Below, piece by piece: positions 15,357 through 19,654 of a stretch of 19,654 nt of DNA. The DNA is from Candidatus Heimdallarchaeota archaeon (GTDB taxonomy: Archaea > Asgardarchaeota > Heimdallarchaeia > Heimdallarchaeales > Kariarchaeaceae), in NCBI GenBank assembly GCA_015523565.1, contig WAKA01000107.1, positions 1-19,654 of the forward strand, given 5' to 3'. Below the pieces are notes generated by a model, which worked only from the letters and a program-made list of their open reading frames with translations, had not been told where the DNA came from and searched no databases. The translations under genes were made by a program, and so were the position numbers. How positions within the stretch are numbered: position 1 is the first letter of the stretch; each line of letters opens with the position of its first letter.

Positions 15357-16846
15357 TATTCATCCACCTCGATTCCAGAGCTTATTTCTACTTCCCTAAG
15401 CCAATTAAGGTCTTGGGAAAAGAGTTCACGAATATCGTCGATTTTATTTTTAACCATGAACAGCCTGTCAACACCCAAACCCCAAGCAATGACGGGATAG
15501 TCGATGCCATATGGTCTGACAACTTCTGGTCTAAAAATACCAGCACCACCAAATTCAATTCGACCCAGAGTTGGATGTCTCGCGCTTAATTCGACAGAGG
15601 GAGAAGTAAATGGGTAATAATCAGGTCGGAAATTTACCTCTGTTGCACCCGCAATATCCTCTGCAAATATTTTCAGTATCCCAAGCAAGTCCCTGAATGT
15701 AATTGACGGATCGCAGACAATTCCCTCAACTTGATAAAATTCAACTCCATGTGTAGCATCAATATCATCAGGTCTGAAACATTTGGCAATGGAAAAGTAT
15801 TTTTCAGGAGGATTTACTTTTCTCAATGTTCGGGCCGAGATCGCGGTTCCTTGAGGTCTCAAAAGGAGTCGAGCCGCCTTTCTGGGATCCCATCGATATT
15901 TGTATCCACGAGAACCAGTAATCCATCCATCCTGATGCGTTTGCTTGACATTCTCGACAAATATCTCATCGGGAAGGATTCCGTGAGTTGGATTTTCAAT
16001 CAGGAAAATGTCAGAATCTTCCCTGGCAGGATGATCTTGTGGAGCAAACAATGAATCAAAGTTCCAGAACTCTTGTTCAATCAACGGTCCCTTCATTTCT
16101 TTGAAACCTAGTGCAATTAATTTTTCCCTAAGATGGTCATGAAAATGTCTGTAAGGATGATATTTTCCAGGATAAATTATCCGAGGCTTGCTTTTGATAT
16201 TGTATGGCTTGAAATTGACATTTCTCCATTTCCCAGATATTATCAAGTCAGGGGTGAGGTTACTGACTTCTTCTACAATCTTGATTTGTTTGCCATGTTT
16301 TAATGGAGAGATGAAAATCTCATGTCGAACAGACTTCTCGACCAGTCCACGTTTCAGCAGAACCTCTGCAATTTCAACAGGGATAGGCTCATGTTGGTTG
16401 ATTTTTTCTAGGGCCTCTTGAAGTTCATCTGAGACTGTCTTGTTTCGATCCAATAATTCTATTGACCCTTTGTCAATTTTGATCATTCCCTCTTTTTTAA
16501 GGACACCAATACCTGCCGACACATCGCTTTTGTCAACCTTCAAGGTATTCTGCACATCCTTGATGTGTAGAGAGCCATGTTCAAAAAGATACTTCATCAG
16601 TCTTCTCTCAATCAATTCGTTCTTTAGGGAAGCTTTTCCTCTTGAAGTGAGTTTATACTCCTCAATCTCTTTTGTTTCCTTGTTGATTAAACCATATTTG
16701 TGGAGAAGTTCAACAAGTGAACTCACTTTTCCAATATCAAAACCAGTTTGGTTGGAAAGTTCATCAATACCCACCACCTGTCTGGATTTTTCAATTTTCT
16801 CTAGAACCAGACCTGCATCTGGCGTCAATCTAATCTCATTTGGCAT
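15356..16846 (-). CDS. pheS: Phenylalanine--tRNA ligase alpha subunit (archaeal/eukaryotic type, N-terminal winged-helix extension)
   Basis: FWNFDSLFAPQDHPARE, FRPDDIDATHGVEFYQVEG, YYPFTSPS, GAGIFRPE, AWGLGVDRL. ATG at 16846 is preferred because GGAGTTGA ends 5 nt upstream; the track's TTG at 16855 is inside that SD. Confidence 0.97.
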   Translation of the reverse strand: MPNEIRLTPDAGLVLEKIEKSRQVVGIDELSNQTGFDIGKVSSLVELLHKYGLINKETKEIEEYKLTSRGKASLKNELIERRLMKYLFEHGSLHIKDVQNTLKVDKSDVSAGIGVLKKEGMIKIDKGSIELLDRNKTVSDELQEALEKINQHEPIPVEIAEVLLKRGLVEKSVRHEIFISPLKHGKQIKIVEEVSNLTPDLIISGKWRNVNFKPYNIKSKPRIIYPGKYHPYRHFHDHLREKLIALGFKEMKGPLIEQEFWNFDSLFAPQDHPAREDSDIFLIENPTHGILPDEIFVENVKQTHQDGWITGSRGYKYRWDPRKAARLLLRPQGTAISARTLRKVNPPEKYFSIAKCFRPDDIDATHGVEFYQVEGIVCDPSITFRDLLGILKIFAEDIAGATEVNFRPDYYPFTSPSVELSARHPTLGRIEFGGAGIFRPEVVRPYGIDYPVIAWGLGVDRLFMVKNKIDDIRELFSQDLNWLREVEISSGIEVDE

Positions 16847-16999
16847 ATTGTTCAACTCCTTTGCAAATAATATCTTTGCTCAATTCCTTTGTTTTTCCAT
16901 TAATGTTGTTGAAAACTATAATGTAAATTCCAAGGCACCTAACCTCTACAAGCAGATTGGAATGTAGACATTATTAAACCTTAGCTAATTGACGGATGT

Positions 17000-17566
17000 T
17001 CATACCTTAAGGTGCTCAACAAAATAGTCAATCATTCTATTGAAAGCAGTCTCTATATTCTCCCCAGTTTTTGCACTGGTAAGATAAAAAGAGACTGGTC
17101 CTTGTGTTTTAAGCTCGATATCCCTTATTTTTTGTGCAATTTCATCTTCACTAACAGCAGGTTTCCTTTCTCCACTTTGGACAAGGTCTATCTTGTTCCC
17201 AAGAAGAATTATTGGTACCACCATGGTTTCGGGACTATAATCTATCTCATTAAGGAACTCGTCGATAAACATATCTATATCATCAAAGGAATATCGTTCT
17301 GTTATATCAAATACAATAAACGCGGCGTTTGAGGCAGTATAGTAGAGTTTTCTGATATGGTCGAACTGCTCTTGACCTGCAATGTCCCAGATCTGAAGAA
17401 CAAATTCACCTTTAGGGTGCGTAATGCGCTTGACCGCAAAATCAGCACCAATCGTTAACGAGTAGTTCTCTTTGAATTGTTCTCCAAAATAATTACGGCG
17501 AATGCTTGTCTTTCCGACTCTTTTGCTACCGATTAGTATGACTTTGAATTGGCTAGGGATACTCAA
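17000..17566 (-). CDS. Ras-superfamily small GTPase, Rab-like
   Basis: G1 GSKRVGKTS, G2 YSLTIGADF, G3 WDIAGQEQF, G4 GNKID, G5 TSAK. No C-terminal Cys motif. Confidence 0.93.
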   Translation of the reverse strand: MSIPSQFKVILIGSKRVGKTSIRRNYFGEQFKENYSLTIGADFAVKRITHPKGEFVLQIWDIAGQEQFDHIRKLYYTASNAAFIVFDITERYSFDDIDMFIDEFLNEIDYSPETMVVPIILLGNKIDLVQSGERKPAVSEDEIAQKIRDIELKTQGPVSFYLTSAKTGENIETAFNRMIDYFVEHLKV

Positions 17567-17681
17567 CGCCTTAGTGTTATTTTAATCACAAAAAAACCTT
17601 TTTCGAGTAATATGTCAAAATGTGAAATAATAGGTAAATAACTATTAATTATAAATTATCTAAAGGAATCTGTCAATCATT

Positions 17682-18479
17682 TCATATGTTTTTCCTAAGA
17701 AATGAATCTACCCATCCACTTGGTAGGTTCCGAGTAATTCTATGTGACAGATTGTTTCGGGTGATCAGATATCTATGTTTGGGATTTTTTTTGGTAAGTC
17801 CATCATAAATCTTTTCTGCAATTTTGATTGGTTCAAGACCCTTCTTTTTGGCTCTTTTCACTAAAATTCTTTCCATTTTCCTGGCACGAACACCAAAATC
17901 AGATTGTTCAATCTTGTCAATGTCTACATACCTTTTATCCCAGATTGGGGTTTTGACATCTCCAGGTTCTATAATAACAACCTTAATTCCAATTGGATCC
18001 AGTTCCCTCCGTAAACTGTCAGAATAGGCTTCCAATGCAAATTTCGATGCACTGTATGCACCAAGAAACGGAGGGGCAATATGACCTGCAACAGAGCTGA
18101 CATTTACAATACGACCTTTGCTTTCTTTTAATAAGGGATAAAATGTCCGAGTCACTTCATGTAAGCCAAATAAGTTCACATCAAATTGAAATTTCAGATC
18201 ATCATAGGTCAAATCCAATAATGGACCAGAAACTGCCACCCCTGCATTGTTGACCAATCCGAACAATCCTGTTTGTGAGATTTGGTTGAATGCACTTTCG
18301 ATGTCAGATGAGGATGTGACATCAAGCTTGACAGCCACAACATTTTCAAGAGAGTTTAAATTATCAATATCTTCTTTTTTTCTTGCTCCTGCATAAACGG
18401 AAAACCCTTTGGAAGCAAGAAATCTCGTTGTTTCCAGACCGATACCTGTTGATGCACCAGTAACCAAAACGTATTTCAT
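17682..18479 (-). CDS. Classical short-chain dehydrogenase/reductase
   Basis: TGASTGIG, LVNNAG, NVSS, YSASK, IEPG. Confidence 0.95.
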   Translation of the reverse strand: MKYVLVTGASTGIGLETTRFLASKGFSVYAGARKKEDIDNLNSLENVVAVKLDVTSSSDIESAFNQISQTGLFGLVNNAGVAVSGPLLDLTYDDLKFQFDVNLFGLHEVTRTFYPLLKESKGRIVNVSSVAGHIAPPFLGAYSASKFALEAYSDSLRRELDPIGIKVVIIEPGDVKTPIWDKRYVDIDKIEQSDFGVRARKMERILVKRAKKKGLEPIKIAEKIYDGLTKKNPKHRYLITRNNLSHRITRNLPSGWVDSFLRKNI

Positions 18480-18542
18480 CAGGCATCCATTTATTGAAAG
18501 TTCATAATGTTTCTTGTGTGCGGTTAGCCAAATGGATTTAAA

Positions 18543-18612
18543 GCCAATTGGAGCGTTGCCTTCCCCGATTAGTTGCTCATCGAATCATAAGATTCTCCAT
18601 GCTCCAATTGGC
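18543..18612. repeat. Perfect 12-bp inverted repeat enclosing a structured 46-nt core (candidate ncRNA or operator pair)
   Basis: GCCAATTGGAGC (18543-18554) and GCTCCAATTGGC (18601-18612) in the divergent SDR/GNAT intergenic region. Confidence 0.7.
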
Positions 18613-18702
18613 AATATCACAATCTTTTGGCACTATTTAGGTATTTCTTTTTTTACAGGGAAAATAAGGGACAGTTAAAGAATTTACATTCTAATCAAAA
18701 TC

Positions 18703-19527
18703 ATGGAAATCAAGCCCACTTCTGAAAATTCAGAGATTGCAAAAATAATTGCATATTGTATCCAAAACACATTCAAAAACCAGCTTTTGTTGGGAGATCT
18801 TCATTCACCCATGAACAAAATTTCCAAAGCATATAAAATTGAAAAGGAGGGGGAAATAGTCGGAGGGTTTACAATATATGAAGGAATTGACTTGCCAGTT
18901 GTCGTTTTTCCTTTTGGTCAAACAGAGCTGTGGCAACCCATTCAAAAGTATGTGGATAAAATGAATATTGAATCAGTTCAAATTGTATTTCCCATTGGAA
19001 CAGGAAATCAGATTGAACCACCTCCTTTTTTAGGTTGGAATACCTATACGTGGGAATGGCAACAAACAGACCTAGCGATGCGACTGACTAAAAAAGAAAT
19101 AGAAGTCAGAAGTATTGAAAATTTGCCACAAATCATTGCTGCAAATGGCGACATGGCAGATAAGATCATAGAATTCCTTAAGTCACAAAAAATGGGACAA
19201 TGGTTCCATCCTTTACAGCTTGAATCTGAACTTTCGGTAGTTGCAATTGAAAATGACAGGATTGTGGGATATGCAGGAACACATTTCGAGACCCCGTACA
19301 CAGTACAGATAGGAAACGTGGCAGTTCATCAAGATTTTAGGGGAAGAGGTTTGGGGAGAGCCATCGTCACGGCGGTTGTTTTGGGAATTCTGAGGACAAG
19401 AAGAGTTCCAACATTATTTGTCAATGAACAAAACCAAGATGCAATTAAATTTTATGAAAAATTAGGATTTGAGGTATACGACAAATTCAATTTTTATTTG
19501 GGAAGAAGACAGCAAACAATTAAATAA
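18703..19527 (+). CDS. GNAT family N-acetyltransferase (C-terminal FR47-like GNAT domain)
   Basis: IGNVAVHQDFRGRGLG (acetyl-CoA motif A), LFVNEQNQDAIKFYEKLGF (motif B). Confidence 0.93.
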   Translation: MEIKPTSENSEIAKIIAYCIQNTFKNQLLLGDLHSPMNKISKAYKIEKEGEIVGGFTIYEGIDLPVVVFPFGQTELWQPIQKYVDKMNIESVQIVFPIGTGNQIEPPPFLGWNTYTWEWQQTDLAMRLTKKEIEVRSIENLPQIIAANGDMADKIIEFLKSQKMGQWFHPLQLESELSVVAIENDRIVGYAGTHFETPYTVQIGNVAVHQDFRGRGLGRAIVTAVVLGILRTRRVPTLFVNEQNQDAIKFYEKLGFEVYDKFNFYLGRRQQTIK

Positions 19528-19654
19528 CCTAAAGTTTGGGAAAATTTGCCATTGGCATGTGAAAATAGGTGAAAAGAGAAAGCAGCATAATTATAGGGAA
19601 TATAGGTATCCTAAAAAAAGAGAAAAATTAATCATAAATTTAATTATACTAAAA

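Noticed and set aside
16860-16999. pheS upstream region with a 6-bp hairpin (TCTACA/TGTAGA) and a 10-codon uORF (MSTFQSACRG)
   Set aside because: Only one Phe codon, no terminator/antiterminator pair and no T-box motif; compatible with chance.
18543-18612. SECIS, glycine or glutamine riboswitch, or tRNA identity for the hairpin
   Set aside because: Upper helix is too short for a SECIS and no Sec-UGA gene is adjacent; riboswitch consensus blocks are incomplete; no cloverleaf or T-loop.
18585-18655. Minus-strand KIVILPIGA peptide resembling a creatininase N-terminus (pseudogene remnant?)
   Set aside because: Only 9 residues, bounded by stops, and the diagnostic EQHG does not follow.
517-19301. 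Numerous short antisense or alternate-frame ORFs in the track (e.g. 575..886, 4748..5098, 6623..7105, 13169..13666, 16440..16967)
   Set aside because: All overlap well-supported genes for most or all of their length and show shadow-ORF composition with no motifs.

Overview
AT-rich archaeal chromosomal window, most consistent with an Asgard archaeon (Heimdallarchaeia-like). This is inferred from a Rab-like small GTPase together with archaeal/eukaryote-type PheRS alpha/beta, L15e, Rpp30 and Pop5. Left part: a partial DUF885-like gene missed by the ORF track, an N-glycosylation-sequon-rich surface protein with a His/Asp/Thr repeat, and a minus-strand run of aconitase A, a stand-alone PKS-type methyltransferase, a TerB-like three-repeat protein and a 1122-aa 10-TM/HEAT-solenoid fusion. 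A second TerB-like paralog lies nearby. Right part: M20 amidohydrolase, a rearranged fragment of the archaeal RNase P/exosome superoperon (COG1325, Rpp30, Pop5 convergent with rpl15e), pheT, pheS, the Rab-like GTPase, an SDR and a GNAT. Best leads: a well-formed box C/D-type kink-turn hairpin abutting the Shine-Dalgarno of rpl15e (candidate L7Ae-controlled translational switch), a second k-turn-capable 70-nt hairpin between SDR and GNAT, a probable CTG start for Pop5, and the TerB-like + membrane-anchored HEAT solenoid module. No rRNA, tRNA, CRISPR array or transposase was seen. All family calls are by-eye motif recognition, not database searches.
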